64,000 nucleotides of DNA from Actinomycetales bacterium (lineage in GTDB: Bacteria; Actinomycetota; Actinomycetes; S36-B12; UBA5976): positions 74,877-138,876 of the forward strand of contig JAGWXT010000001.1 of NCBI GenBank assembly GCA_018969715.1, given 5' to 3'. The translations under genes were made by a program, and so were the position numbers. Each line of letters starts with the position of its first letter. The first letter of the stretch is position 1. Under the pieces are notes generated by a model that did no database searches, was not told where the DNA came from, and worked only from the letters and a program-made list of their open reading frames with translations. Positions 54,378 to 63,344 of this stretch are shown piece after piece.

Positions 54378-54983
54378 GTGCCGATGCTGCGTGAGGTGCT
54401 TGGAGCGCAATTGCGATCGCGACGAATCGCCCAGGGTCGTACCCTGCGTCAGGTGAGTGCCCGGGCGTGTGTGTCCCTGGGCTACCTGTCCGAGATCGAG
54501 CGCGGGGTCAAGGAGCCCTCCTCGGAGGTTCTTGCCGCCCTCTGTCGGGCACTGTCGGTGTCCCTCGGGGATGTGCTCGGTGGGGCAGCGGCCGCGCTTG
54601 GCTCCGGCGAGAGTTCGCGGTTGGCCGGACCGGGATCAGCCGCGGCTGGCGCGACGAGTGAGCGCGGTGGCCACGCGAGTCAGGCGGATGCGGTTGTACC
54701 GCTGTACCAGCAGGCACGGCAGGTTCGCCGCGATCGCGAAGCAGGCGTTGACGACAACCGCCCACAGGGGGTTGAACAGTGCGAAGACCGGCCAGATGGC
54801 GAACATGCCAAGGTGCGCATACTCCGCCCGGCGGGTCTCGCAGATGAATCGGGCCACCACCTGGGGGTTGCCCCCGCTTACCGAGCGCTTGGCGAAGCCG
54901 TCGGCGAACACTGCCCCGAGCTCCGGCAGTCGGTCCTTCCAGCGATGGATGCGCAGGATGCGGGAGTAGAACCGGCCGCGTAG
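54378..54983 (+). CDS. XRE-family helix-turn-helix regulator (ClgR-like by position), with an antisense-encoded C-terminal tail
   Basis: HTH region [58 protein letters not shown] lies 7 nt upstream of GTG 54378. The first in-frame stop is only at 54981-54983. Confidence 0.75.
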   Translation: MPMLREVLGAQLRSRRIAQGRTLRQVSARACVSLGYLSEIERGVKEPSSEVLAALCRALSVSLGDVLGGAAAALGSGESSRLAGPGSAAAGATSERGGHASQADAVVPLYQQARQVRRDREAGVDDNRPQGVEQCEDRPDGEHAKVRILRPAGLADESGHHLGVAPAYRALGEAVGEHCPELRQSVLPAMDAQDAGVEPAA

Positions 54984-55136
54984 CTCCCAGGTGCGGGGCC
55001 TCGTCCACCAGGTATCCCGGTCCAGCCAGCGGGCGGGTAGGCGGTGCGCGAGGTAGCCCACCGCTGAGAACCAGCCGACCCAGATGCCGATATTCAGCAT
55101 GCCGACCGCCCAACCGGGAAGGACGAGGACGGGCAT
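54636..55136 (-). CDS. Small four-TM acyltransferase resembling glycosyl-4,4'-diaponeurosporenoate acyltransferase (CrtO family)
   Basis: 166 aa. Motif [16 protein letters not shown] and C-terminal [11 protein letters not shown]; the family assignment is from memory. ATGA overlap with the upstream GT2 stop. Very high third-position G/C on this strand. Confidence 0.65.
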   Translation of the reverse strand: MPVLVLPGWAVGMLNIGIWVGWFSAVGYLAHRLPARWLDRDTWWTRPRTWELRGRFYSRILRIHRWKDRLPELGAVFADGFAKRSVSGGNPQVVARFICETRRAEYAHLGMFAIWPVFALFNPLWAVVVNACFAIAANLPCLLVQRYNRIRLTRVATALTRRASRG

Positions 55137-56296
55137 CAGCGCGGGGACCGGTTGCGGGTGCCAGTGACCACCGTTCGACCCTTCCACGTCACCTCGCCGC
55201 GCAGTGAGCCCAGCAGTGACCGAATGAAGATGAGCAGGAAGCCTGCAATCGCCAAGGGAAACAGTAGGGCGGTGGGCCCGAAGTTGCCAAGTTGCCGAAG
55301 CATCACGGTCAACTGGATGGCGTACAGCGCGTAGAGCACGCAGATGCCCAGCGCGGGCGGGTCGCCGCCCAGCGCCCAGCCCACCAGCGCGGCGGGGAGC
55401 TCCCAGGCGGCCACCATCGCCCCGGAGAGCCACCCAACGATGAGCAGGAGCGTCCACCATGGGATGCCCAGCGCGCCGGCCGCGATGTTCTTCGTGAATC
55501 CCTCCACCAACTGTCCCAGTCCGTGTGGGTACATGCGGAATGCCACCGCGTCCCGGCCGCCGAATGAGTGGACGGGCAGGCCGCGACGCCGGTACTCGCG
55601 GCCGAGTGCGATGTCCTCCACGATCGCCGAGCGGACCAGGGCATGTCCGCCAGTTGCCTCGTAGTCAGCCTTGCGGGTGGCCATGACGGGGCCGAAGGCC
55701 GTCCCGGTGCGTCGCCCCAGCCGCGCTCCCATGACACCGATGAGGTTGAACATCGCCGCCAGCCGCTCAACCGGCCGCACCATCAGGTGATACGGCTGGA
55801 CGGTGACCAGGCCCCCGTGGCGTTGGCAGGCGGACAGCAGCCGGGTCAGCAGATCGGGGGCCGGTCGGGTGTCAGCATCCAGCAGGACGAGAACGTCGCC
55901 GCGGGCGAGGTGGGCGCCCTGGTTGACCGCCCACGTCTTGCCCGTCCAGCCGGGCGGAAGGGGGGCTGCGCTGACCACGGTTGCGCCGTGGTCAGCGGCC
56001 ACCTTGGCGGTGCGGTCGGTTGAGTGGTCGTCGACGACGATCACCTCCATCGCCCGGTGGTTCTGCGCGGACAGGGCCGGGAGCAGGATCGCGAGGGCAT
56101 CCTCCTCATTGCGGGCTGGGATCACCACGCTGACCTGCGATGGCGCCGAGGGGTCCGACGCCCCACCGGCCGGTGCCCGGAGTGCTGTCCGGGGCAGTCC
56201 GGGCACGGTGGGCAGCAGCACCCAGCCGAGCAGCCAGCGCACCAGCAGGCTCACCGCATCGAGGTCGAGGGTGATTCCGGTCGGCAGGCCGATCAT
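55136..56296 (-). CDS. Membrane-anchored family-2 glycosyltransferase (CrtQ-like architecture)
   Basis: Motifs VSVVIPARNEE, VVDDHSTD and LLDADT. One N-terminal TM and several C-terminal TM segments. ATGA overlaps at both ends. Confidence 0.8.
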   Translation of the reverse strand: MIGLPTGITLDLDAVSLLVRWLLGWVLLPTVPGLPRTALRAPAGGASDPSAPSQVSVVIPARNEEDALAILLPALSAQNHRAMEVIVVDDHSTDRTAKVAADHGATVVSAAPLPPGWTGKTWAVNQGAHLARGDVLVLLDADTRPAPDLLTRLLSACQRHGGLVTVQPYHLMVRPVERLAAMFNLIGVMGARLGRRTGTAFGPVMATRKADYEATGGHALVRSAIVEDIALGREYRRRGLPVHSFGGRDAVAFRMYPHGLGQLVEGFTKNIAAGALGIPWWTLLLIVGWLSGAMVAAWELPAALVGWALGGDPPALGICVLYALYAIQLTVMLRQLGNFGPTALLFPLAIAGFLLIFIRSLLGSLRGEVTWKGRTVVTGTRNRSPR

Positions 56297-57291
56297 GGCT
56301 GCCCGATGAACCCGTGGGCGCTCAGCGAGGCGAAGCGCCTGCCGAAGGCTGCCAGACGTTGTGGGCTGGCGAGGAGCCCATGTGCCGCCCCTGGCGCCAT
56401 CGGGACGTTCGCCCAGCGCAGCCGGACCACCCGCTCGGGTGCCAGCGCCATCAGGCCATGGGCGTAGAGCTCGTAGTCCAGGGAGGCGGCCGGATCGTTG
56501 GCGGCCCGCAGCTGGGAGAGGGTGCGATGGAGCAGGTCGGAAACGCTGGCACAGCCCAGTGCGGCGAGGATCGCCGAGAGCACGGCCGGCTGGTGGAGCA
56601 TGTGGTGGGCGATGTAGGAGGTGTTCGGCTGCACCGGCAGGCCAAGGTCGGTGAGCACGCGGTAGTACGGGGGGTGCCATTCATAGGTTGGCAGCAGGGG
56701 CTGGCGCCCGTCCGCGCTCAGCCACGCGCGACGGTGGGTGAGGACGGTGTCGGCGTCGAGTTGGAGGACGCCCGGATGCTGGGAGTCAGCAGCGAATGTG
56801 AGCTTGAGTGCCTGAGCGGTGAGCCATCCGGCTCGTTCCGGGAATGCGGCAGCGATGTCGGCCCGTAGCCGGCTGGGCAGCAGGTCGGCCTCATCGAGCA
56901 CGGTCACGGCCGACGGCACGGCCAATGCGCTGATCCGTGTGCGAAGGTCGGGCAGGATCCGGCCGGGTACCGCGATGGTGATCTGCGCGACCGGGTTGGC
57001 CAGTGCCGCAAGGGTGATGGGCAGGCAGCGAATCAGGAATGGGACGTCCCGCGGGTGGCAGGGAATGAAGACTGCAATGGGCGGCAGCCGATCACCGCTG
57101 TCCCAGTGCGCAGGACAGTCAAGGGCGTCGGCGATTCGCGTCCAGTCGCGCTCCAGCGCGCGGCGCCGGGCAAGCCGCAGCACCGTGGCCATCGCCCGCA
57201 CTCGCCCCGCACGCTGGACCCGCAGGTCGGACTGGCGCAGCAGCCACCTGTCGGCGGCATCGGCCCACGGGCGGCGTGCGGCAGCAGTCAT
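56293..57291 (-). CDS. Hypothetical protein with GT-A-like hallmarks (candidate nucleotide-sugar transferase)
   Basis: 332 aa. Motifs IAVFIPCHPRDVPFL, LQLDADTVL (DxD-like) and GWLTAQALKL. Start set at ATG 57291; third-position G/C drops to about 56% upstream of it. Confidence 0.55.
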   Translation of the reverse strand: MTAAARRPWADAADRWLLRQSDLRVQRAGRVRAMATVLRLARRRALERDWTRIADALDCPAHWDSGDRLPPIAVFIPCHPRDVPFLIRCLPITLAALANPVAQITIAVPGRILPDLRTRISALAVPSAVTVLDEADLLPSRLRADIAAAFPERAGWLTAQALKLTFAADSQHPGVLQLDADTVLTHRRAWLSADGRQPLLPTYEWHPPYYRVLTDLGLPVQPNTSYIAHHMLHQPAVLSAILAALGCASVSDLLHRTLSQLRAANDPAASLDYELYAHGLMALAPERVVRLRWANVPMAPGAAHGLLASPQRLAAFGRRFASLSAHGFIGQP

Positions 57292-57312
57292 CCCTCGTCC
57301 GCTGGTGTCGCA

Positions 57313-57384
57313 GGGATGCGGTCCATGGGTGGGAAGGGGATGAGGTCCATGGGTGGGAGGGGGATGAGGTCCATGGGTGGCGTT
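57313..57384. repeat. 24-bp tandem repeat x3 in the recA / GT-operon divergent region
   Basis: gggatgcggtccatgggtgggaag / gggatgaggtccatgggtgggagg / gggatgaggtccatgggtggcgtt. Each unit has a CCATGG core. Confidence 0.95.
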
Positions 57385-57459
57385 CGTGTGAGGTCGACAG
57401 GGACGGCTGCGGTCGGCACAGGCGGTCATCCTGCCAGTGGTGCGGCGTGTCACCACGGT

Positions 57460-57475
57460 TCGAACACATGTTCGG
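57460..57475. promoter_or_regulatory. LexA (SOS) box upstream of recA
   Basis: TCGAACACATGTTCGG matches the actinobacterial consensus TCGAAC-N4-GTTCGA at 15/16 positions. It is followed by a TANNNT-type -10 candidate, TAGCCT, at 57477-57482. Confidence 0.75.
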
Positions 57476-57646
57476 GTAGCCTCCACATCGTGCCTGTCAC
57501 CACACCGCACCGCACCTGCGGGTGGCCCCTCGGCACTCTGGTGATTCAGCGTCGAGCACCATCGGGGTCCGGGTATGACCGTGCCCTCCCGGTGCGGATC
57601 CCGTCCTGACAGTCCCCGAGCGGACCCCGAACCGAAAGGCGTCGCC

Positions 57647-58717
57647 ATGCCTCCGAAGACCACCCCGGACCGCGCCGGTGAGCGCGGCAAGGATCGCGAC
57701 AAGGCCCTTGATGCGGCGCTCGCCCAGATCGAGCGGCAGTTCGGCCGCGGATCGGTGATGCGGCTGGGTGATGAGGGACGCCCGCCGATTGACGTGATCC
57801 CGACCGGGTCCATCGCCCTTGATGTTGCACTCGGGATCGGCGGCCTGCCGCGGGGACGGGTGGTCGAGGTCTTCGGGCCGGAATCCAGCGGCAAGACAAC
57901 GGTGGCCCTGCATGCCATTGCCAGTGCGCAGCGGCTGGGTGGGATCGCGGCCTTCATCGACGCCGAGCACGCCCTCGATCCGGACTACGCCGCCCGACTG
58001 GGTGTCGACATCGATGCGTTGCTTGTGAGTCAGCCCGATACCGGTGAGCAGGCCCTGGAGATCGCGGACATGCTGGTGCGATCGGGTGCCCTCGACATCC
58101 TCGTGATCGACTCGGTGGCCGCACTGGTGCCGCGAGCGGAGATCGAAGGGGAGATGGGCGACAGTCATGTCGGGCTCCAGGCGCGGCTGATGAGCCAGGC
58201 TTTGCGAAAGATGACGGGGGCGCTGTCCGGGTCCAACACGACGGCGGTCTTCATCAACCAGCTGCGGGAGAAGATCGGGGTGATGTTCGGCTCCCCGGAG
58301 ACCACGACGGGGGGGCGGGCGCTGAAGTTCTACGCATCGGTCCGGCTGGACGTTCGCCGCATCGAGACCCTCAAGGACGGCACTGAGCCGGTCGGCTCGC
58401 GGACCCGGGTGAAGGTCGTCAAGAACAAGGTCGCCCCCCCCTTCAAGCAGGCCGAATTCGACATCGTGTACGGGCACGGGATCTCACGCGAGGGTTCCCT
58501 GATCGACATGGGTGTGGAGCACGGCATCATCCGGAAGTCGGGGGCCTGGTACACCTACGACGGCGATCAGCTTGGCCAAGGTAAGGAGAATGCCCGCACC
58601 TTCCTGCGGGACAACCCCGATCTCGCCGATGAGATCGAGAAGCTGATCAAGGAGAAGCTCGGCATCGGCGCCAGTGTCACCCCGCCGGCCGCGGCGGCAG
58701 ATTTCGCGGATGCCTGA
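57647..58717 (+). CDS. recA: Recombinase RecA
   Basis: Walker [22 protein letters not shown] and [14 protein letters not shown] lies 7 nt upstream of ATG 57647. A LexA box lies upstream. Confidence 0.97.
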   Translation: MPPKTTPDRAGERGKDRDKALDAALAQIERQFGRGSVMRLGDEGRPPIDVIPTGSIALDVALGIGGLPRGRVVEVFGPESSGKTTVALHAIASAQRLGGIAAFIDAEHALDPDYAARLGVDIDALLVSQPDTGEQALEIADMLVRSGALDILVIDSVAALVPRAEIEGEMGDSHVGLQARLMSQALRKMTGALSGSNTTAVFINQLREKIGVMFGSPETTTGGRALKFYASVRLDVRRIETLKDGTEPVGSRTRVKVVKNKVAPPFKQAEFDIVYGHGISREGSLIDMGVEHGIIRKSGAWYTYDGDQLGQGKENARTFLRDNPDLADEIEKLIKEKLGIGASVTPPAAAADFADA

Positions 58718-58718
58718 C

Positions 58719-58988
58719 ATGACCGATCCCGCGGGACCATCGCAGGTGCGGGGCGAGTGGGCCGCCGGCGGGCGGCCATGGTCAGGTGAGCGCGCGCCCG
58801 ACTGTCTGCTGCGGGCGCGAACGCGGGTTGAGGCACTGCTCGCCACCGGACCCCAGACAGTGGCAGGTGTCGCTGCTGACCTACGTCGCCAACGAGTGCC
58901 CGCCGATGTGCGGGTGCGAGTGATCGCCGAGCTGGTCAGCGCGGGAGTGCTGCCGGGCGGTCAGGGGAGACTGCCCCGCGCCGGCTAG
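58719..58988 (+). CDS. recX: Truncated RecX-like protein (single RecX repeat)
   Basis: Sits immediately after rec[40 protein letters not shown] resembles one RecX helical repeat. Only about 89 aa (start ATG 58719 or 58710). Confidence 0.5.
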   Translation: MTDPAGPSQVRGEWAAGGRPWSGERAPDCLLRARTRVEALLATGPQTVAGVAADLRRQRVPADVRVRVIAELVSAGVLPGGQGRLPRAG

Positions 58989-59052
58989 TTGGACTGTCCC
59001 GGTAGGTGAGTGCGGTGCCCGACGGCAGGTCGCGACGACCTACCCTGTCGGA

Positions 59053-60570
59053 GTGAGCGATCCTGCTGTCGCCGGGACGGTGCTCCCGGGCGCGGACGAC
59101 AGTGCCGCCGAGCCGCCCCTGCCGCTGCGGACGTACGAGGTGCGCACCTACGGCTGTCAGATGAATGTTCACGACTCGGAGCGGCTTTCGGGGGTGCTCG
59201 AGGCCGCCGGGTACCGGGTGCGGGGTGATGAGGAGCCACCGGCCGATGTCGTTGTCTTCAACACCTGTGCGGTGCGAGAGAACGCGGACAACCGCCTCTA
59301 CGGCAACCTCGGACACCTGCGCTCAGTGAAGCGGGCGCATCCGGGCATGCAGATTGCGGTTGGGGGGTGCCTCGCCCAGAAGGATCGCGAGCACGTCCTG
59401 CGGCGGGCGCCCTGGGTCGACGTCGTCTTCGGCACGCACAACATCGCCGTTCTGCCGGTGCTCCTGCAGCGGGCACGGGTGCTGGGCGAGGCGCAGATCG
59501 AGATCGTGGAGTCCCTGGAGCGCTTTCCCTCATCCCTGCCGGGTCGACGATCAAGTGCCCACAGTGCGTGGGTGGCCATCAGCGTCGGGTGCAACAACAC
59601 CTGCTCCTTCTGCATCGTGCCCCAGCTACGGGGAGTTGAGAAGGACCGGCGTCCGGCGGAGATTCTCGCGGAGATCGAGGCCTTGGTTGCCGACGGCGTC
59701 GTAGAAGTCACCCTGTTGGGCCAGAACGTCAATTCCTATGGTGTGCAATTCGGTGACCGCGCCGGGTTCGCGGAACTGCTGCGTGCCTGCGGTCAGATCC
59801 CCGGGTTGCGGCGAGTGCGCTTCACCAGCCCCCATCCACGTGACTTCACCAACGATGTCCTGACGGCGATGGCGGAGACTCCCGTGGTGATGCCTCATCT
59901 CCACCTGCCGCTGCAATCAGGAAGCGACGCGATTCTGCGGGCGATGCGGCGCAGTTACCGTGCGAGCCGGTACCTCACTCTCGTCGCGGATGCGAGAAGG
60001 CTGCTGCCGACCGCGGCACTGACGACCGACATCATCGTGGGCTTCCCGGGGGAGAGCGAGGCGGATTTCGAGGCGACCCTGGGTGTCGTCGATGCCGCCG
60101 CCTTCGATGGCGCCTACACCTTCCGGTACTCACCTCGGCCGGGCACGGATGCGGCGACCATGCCCGGGCAGGTGCCCCCCGAGGTGGTGCAGGAACGCTA
60201 TCTGCGCCTTACGGATCGGGTGGATGCGATCGCGTGTGCGCGAAATGAGGCCTTCGTCGGGCGTCGGGTGGAGGTCATGATGCATGACGTCGCCCCGGGC
60301 CAGCGACTCACGGGCCGGGCGCGTGATGGGCGACTCGTCCACCTCGCCGACCCTGGTGTGCTTGCGGACGGTGAGCGTCTGCGGGCGGGCGACCTCGTGA
60401 CGGTTGCGGTCACTCATGGGGCACCGCACCATCTGCTCGCGGACGCTCAGCCGGAGGCAGTCGTGCGGACTGGGCCGAGTTCCGCAGCACTGGCCCCGGC
60501 CGATGCCCCGACACCTGCCGGGGGTGGTGCGCTCAGCGTTGACCTCGGGATGCCCCGCCGGCCGGGATGA
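59053..60570 (+). CDS. miaB: tRNA-2-methylthio-N6-dimethylallyladenosine synthase
   Basis: Motifs [12 protein letters not shown] and radical-SAM [12 protein letters not shown], with a C-terminal TRAM domain. Confidence 0.93.
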   Translation: MSDPAVAGTVLPGADDSAAEPPLPLRTYEVRTYGCQMNVHDSERLSGVLEAAGYRVRGDEEPPADVVVFNTCAVRENADNRLYGNLGHLRSVKRAHPGMQIAVGGCLAQKDREHVLRRAPWVDVVFGTHNIAVLPVLLQRARVLGEAQIEIVESLERFPSSLPGRRSSAHSAWVAISVGCNNTCSFCIVPQLRGVEKDRRPAEILAEIEALVADGVVEVTLLGQNVNSYGVQFGDRAGFAELLRACGQIPGLRRVRFTSPHPRDFTNDVLTAMAETPVVMPHLHLPLQSGSDAILRAMRRSYRASRYLTLVADARRLLPTAALTTDIIVGFPGESEADFEATLGVVDAAAFDGAYTFRYSPRPGTDAATMPGQVPPEVVQERYLRLTDRVDAIACARNEAFVGRRVEVMMHDVAPGQRLTGRARDGRLVHLADPGVLADGERLRAGDLVTVAVTHGAPHHLLADAQPEAVVRTGPSSAALAPADAPTPAGGGALSVDLGMPRRPG

Positions 60571-61544
60571 GCTCACAGCCGCGGCCGCCGCACGTGCTCG
60601 CGACAGCCAGTGGCCGATCCGCTGAGCCCGATGCCCCGCGGACGCGCGTCGCCGTCATCGTCGGGCCGACCGCCACCGGCAAGAGCGGGTTGGCCATCCA
60701 GCTCGCCGAAGCGCTCAATGGTGAGATCGTCAACGCTGATGCCATGGCGCTCTACCGAGGCATGGACATCGGCACCGCCAAGCCGAGCCGTCAGCAGCAG
60801 CATGCGGCGCCGCACCACCTGCTCGATATCTGGCCAATCCAGCATGAGGCGAGTGTCGCGGAGTACCAGAGCCGGGCGCGTACCCAGATCACCGACATCG
60901 CCGCCCGCGGCCGGCTGCCGATCCTCGTGGGTGGGTCTGGGCTCTACGTCGATGCCGTGCTGACCGACCTGCGGTTTCCGGGCACTGACCCGCGCATCCG
61001 GGCCCACTGGATGCAGCAGGTGGCCGAGCGAGGTCTCCCGGCGGTGGCGGCGGAACTGGCCCGAAGGGACCCGGCTGCTGCGACGGCGATCGACCCGAGC
61101 AATGCGCGCCGCATCGTCCGGGCGCTGGAGGTGATCGACGTGACGGGTGGTCCATTCGCTGCCCGGCTGCCGCCGCCGGTTGCCTACTACGACGAGATTC
61201 GCATCGGCTTGTGGTGCCCAACGGCGGAGCGGGGTGAGCGGATCCGTGCACGAGTGCACGCGATGATCGCGGATGGCTTCGTGGCCGAGGTCTCCTCCCT
61301 GCTTGAGCAGGGCCTGGCTGAGACGCCGACTGCCTCACGCGCAGTCGGGTACGCGCAGATTGCCGATGCCCTGCGCGGTCAGGTGACGATGGCGGACGCC
61401 ATTGAACGCACGATCACCGCAACCCAGGCCATCGCCCGCCGGCAGGCCGCCTGGTTTCGACGGAATGACCGCGTGCACTGGCTGCCGGTGCCCGTGACCG
61501 ACGCGGCACTCACCCTCGTCTCCGACTGGTCTGGGGTCAGGTGA
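60567..61544 (+). CDS. miaA: tRNA dimethylallyltransferase
   Basis: P-loop [12 protein letters not shown] and [24 protein letters not shown] overlap with the miaB stop. Confidence 0.93.
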   Translation: MSSQPRPPHVLATASGRSAEPDAPRTRVAVIVGPTATGKSGLAIQLAEALNGEIVNADAMALYRGMDIGTAKPSRQQQHAAPHHLLDIWPIQHEASVAEYQSRARTQITDIAARGRLPILVGGSGLYVDAVLTDLRFPGTDPRIRAHWMQQVAERGLPAVAAELARRDPAAATAIDPSNARRIVRALEVIDVTGGPFAARLPPPVAYYDEIRIGLWCPTAERGERIRARVHAMIADGFVAEVSSLLEQGLAETPTASRAVGYAQIADALRGQVTMADAIERTITATQAIARRQAAWFRRNDRVHWLPVPVTDAALTLVSDWSGVR

Positions 61545-61573
61545 CGGGTCTGCGGCTCAGGTGACGGGTCTCG
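61534..61573. repeat. 20-bp tandem duplication spanning the miaA stop codon
   Basis: gggtcaggtgacgggtctgc / ggctcaggtgacgggtctcg. TGA at 61542-61544 is repeated at 61562-61564. Confidence 0.9.
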
Positions 61574-61576
61574 GGT

Positions 61577-62515
61577 TCAATGAGTCGGCGGAGCCAAGCG
61601 GAGCAGTTCGACTGCCAGCAGCCCGACGCGACCGTCGGTGATCGGCTGCCGCGTGTCAAGCAGCGGCACGCCAAGCACATCATCGACAAGTGCTGCTCCC
61701 GGGCAGGAGAGGCTGCCAGCGGTGCGCCACCAGCCCGCCAGGCCGCGGGACTGGCTGGCGAGCCAGTGGCCGGCGGCCACAGCGCTCACCCCGTCGAGCA
61801 TCACCGGTACCCGGCGTGCGGCGGCGGTGAGCAGGACACCCACCGCGGCGCATACCTGCGCCGATCCGGCCGCGATCAGCGCCGGCCAGCCGGGCTCGGC
61901 GGAGCGTACCCGCCGCAGCACGTCACGGGTGTGGACCACCAGGTCCGCCCACTGGCGCTCCTGTTCAGCGTCCGCGGCCGCGGGCAGGCCGATCAGTGCA
62001 CAGGCGTCGGTGGGCTGCGCGGCGCCGATGAGCGCCAGTGCGGACGGGTCAAGGGCGGGCCCGGGGGTGAGGCAGCAGGCGATGGCGGTGCCACCGGTCA
62101 GCGCAGCTGCGGCCGCCTCGCATCCTGATCGCATCGCCTCGGCCCATGGGTCGTCGGCGCCTGGGTCGTCGGCGCCTGGGTCGTCGGCGCGTGGGCCCTC
62201 GGCCAGTCGATCTTCCCCCCATGCGTCGATCCCGGATACGTTCCGGAAGGTGGTCTGGTCGCCCGCCAGCCCATCGATCAGGCCGATGCCGGTCCGCCGG
62301 GCCAGATCGACCAGCGGGCCGGTGGTTGGTCCGAGAACGATGGCCGCCGGCAATGGGCCCGACCCGTCAGCCGTCGAGGGGTGCGCCGGGCCGACGCGGA
62401 ACCACCATGTGTTCAACTCGCCGAGCAGTCCGGGCTCACCCTGCGGGGATACTCGCAGGCGCGGCAGCCGGGCGTCTCGGAGCAGCTCGGCGAGATGCGC
62501 TTCACCCGGGGTCAC
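61577..62515 (-). CDS. Degenerate CobT-like (nicotinate-nucleotide:DMB phosphoribosyltransferase fold) protein
   Basis: The C-terminal half, VPVMLDGVSAVAAGHWLA...PLLDTRQPITDGRVGLLAVELLRLA, parallels the CobT core as I recall it. The RLGEGTG-type loop and the N-terminal nucleotide loop are not conserved. Contains an (ADDPG)3 insert. Confidence 0.5.
   Translation of the reverse strand: MTPGEAHLAELLRDARLPRLRVSPQGEPGLLGELNTWWFRVGPAHPSTADGSGPLPAAIVLGPTTGPLVDLARRTGIGLIDGLAGDQTTFRNVSGIDAWGEDRLAEGPRADDPGADDPGADDPWAEAMRSGCEAAAAALTGGTAIACCLTPGPALDPSALALIGAAQPTDACALIGLPAAADAEQERQWADLVVHTRDVLRRVRSAEPGWPALIAAGSAQVCAAVGVLLTAAARRVPVMLDGVSAVAAGHWLASQSRGLAGWWRTAGSLSCPGAALVDDVLGVPLLDTRQPITDGRVGLLAVELLRLAPPTH
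62146..62190 (-). repeat. 15-bp in-frame tandem repeat x3 inside the CobT-like gene
   Basis: tgggtcgtcggcgcc x2 plus tgggtcgtcggcgcg on the plus strand, encoding ADDPGADDPGADDP on the minus strand. Confidence 0.9.
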
Positions 62516-62543
62516 CTGAGGAGTCTGCTCGACGGCAGTCTCA

Positions 62544-63344
62544 TCAGCGCAGATGGGCGCGGCGGGCGGCCCGCTCCAGAGAAGACCACAGGGTGGGGGT
62601 TGCCACCGCGAGCAGTGCTGCTGTCAGCGCTGCCCGTGGCAGGTCGAAGGGCAGGCTCGTTGCGACGGTGAAGGCGAGCAGGTGGGAAAGCCGCGCCAAC
62701 GGGGCGGCGGTGGGATCGAAGGCGAGTACCGCGGGCAGGTTGCTGGCGGTCGGCCAGAACCAGAGGTTCAGCAGGAGACCGGCCGCGAGTGCGGCCACCG
62801 CGCCGAAGGCGGCCAAGCCGAGGGTGCGCGGCCAGCCGGTGCGCAGCCGCCGCCAGGGGACTATTCCGCTGGCGCACCCGACCCATCCGGCGATGATCAT
62901 CTGGAATGGCAGCCAGGGTCCCACTCCGCCGGTGAGCAAGGCACTGGTGAGCAGCCCCAGGGTGCCCAGGGCGAAGCCGAAGCCCGGACCGAGGACCGCG
63001 CCGGCGAGGATGATCACCGCCCACACCGGCTCAAGTCCGGCGACACCACCGCCGAGCGGTCGGACGATGGCGACCACCGCAGCCAGTGCGCCGAGAAGTG
63101 CAACGGTCGTGGCGGGCATGCCGCCATCAGCAAGGTCGCTGAGCAGAACCAGCAGGGCCAGCGGCAGCAACAGCGCCATCAGCCATGGCGTTGCCGTCGC
63201 CATTCGCGCGGCAAGTGAATCCGGGTCGGCGAGCAGGGGCCAGCCCAGGGCGATCGCCCCGAGTGCCGTAGCTGGGACGAGCGCAACCACCGTCCGCCAG
63301 GGCAGGACCACGGCGCGACGGGCAGTGACGGTGAGTTCGGTCAT
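62544..63344 (-). CDS. ECF-transporter S-component-like membrane protein
   Basis: Polytopic, with GFALGTLGLLTSALLTGGVGPWLPFQMIIAGWVG, which is reminiscent of S components. It has no EcfT-type Ala-Arg-Gly coupling motifs. ATGA overlap with the upstream ATPase stop. Confidence 0.55.
   Translation of the reverse strand: MTELTVTARRAVVLPWRTVVALVPATALGAIALGWPLLADPDSLAARMATATPWLMALLLPLALLVLLSDLADGGMPATTVALLGALAAVVAIVRPLGGGVAGLEPVWAVIILAGAVLGPGFGFALGTLGLLTSALLTGGVGPWLPFQMIIAGWVGCASGIVPWRRLRTGWPRTLGLAAFGAVAALAAGLLLNLWFWPTASNLPAVLAFDPTAAPLARLSHLLAFTVATSLPFDLPRAALTAALLAVATPTLWSSLERAARRAHLR

Noticed and set aside
57401-57646. A second, LexA-independent (RecA-NDp / PafBC-type) promoter motif upstream of recA.
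   Set aside because: I looked for a TGTC(A/G)GTG-N8-TANNNT-like element. TGTCACCA occurs twice (57449-57456 and 57495-57502), but no properly spaced TANNNT follows either copy. There is not enough support.
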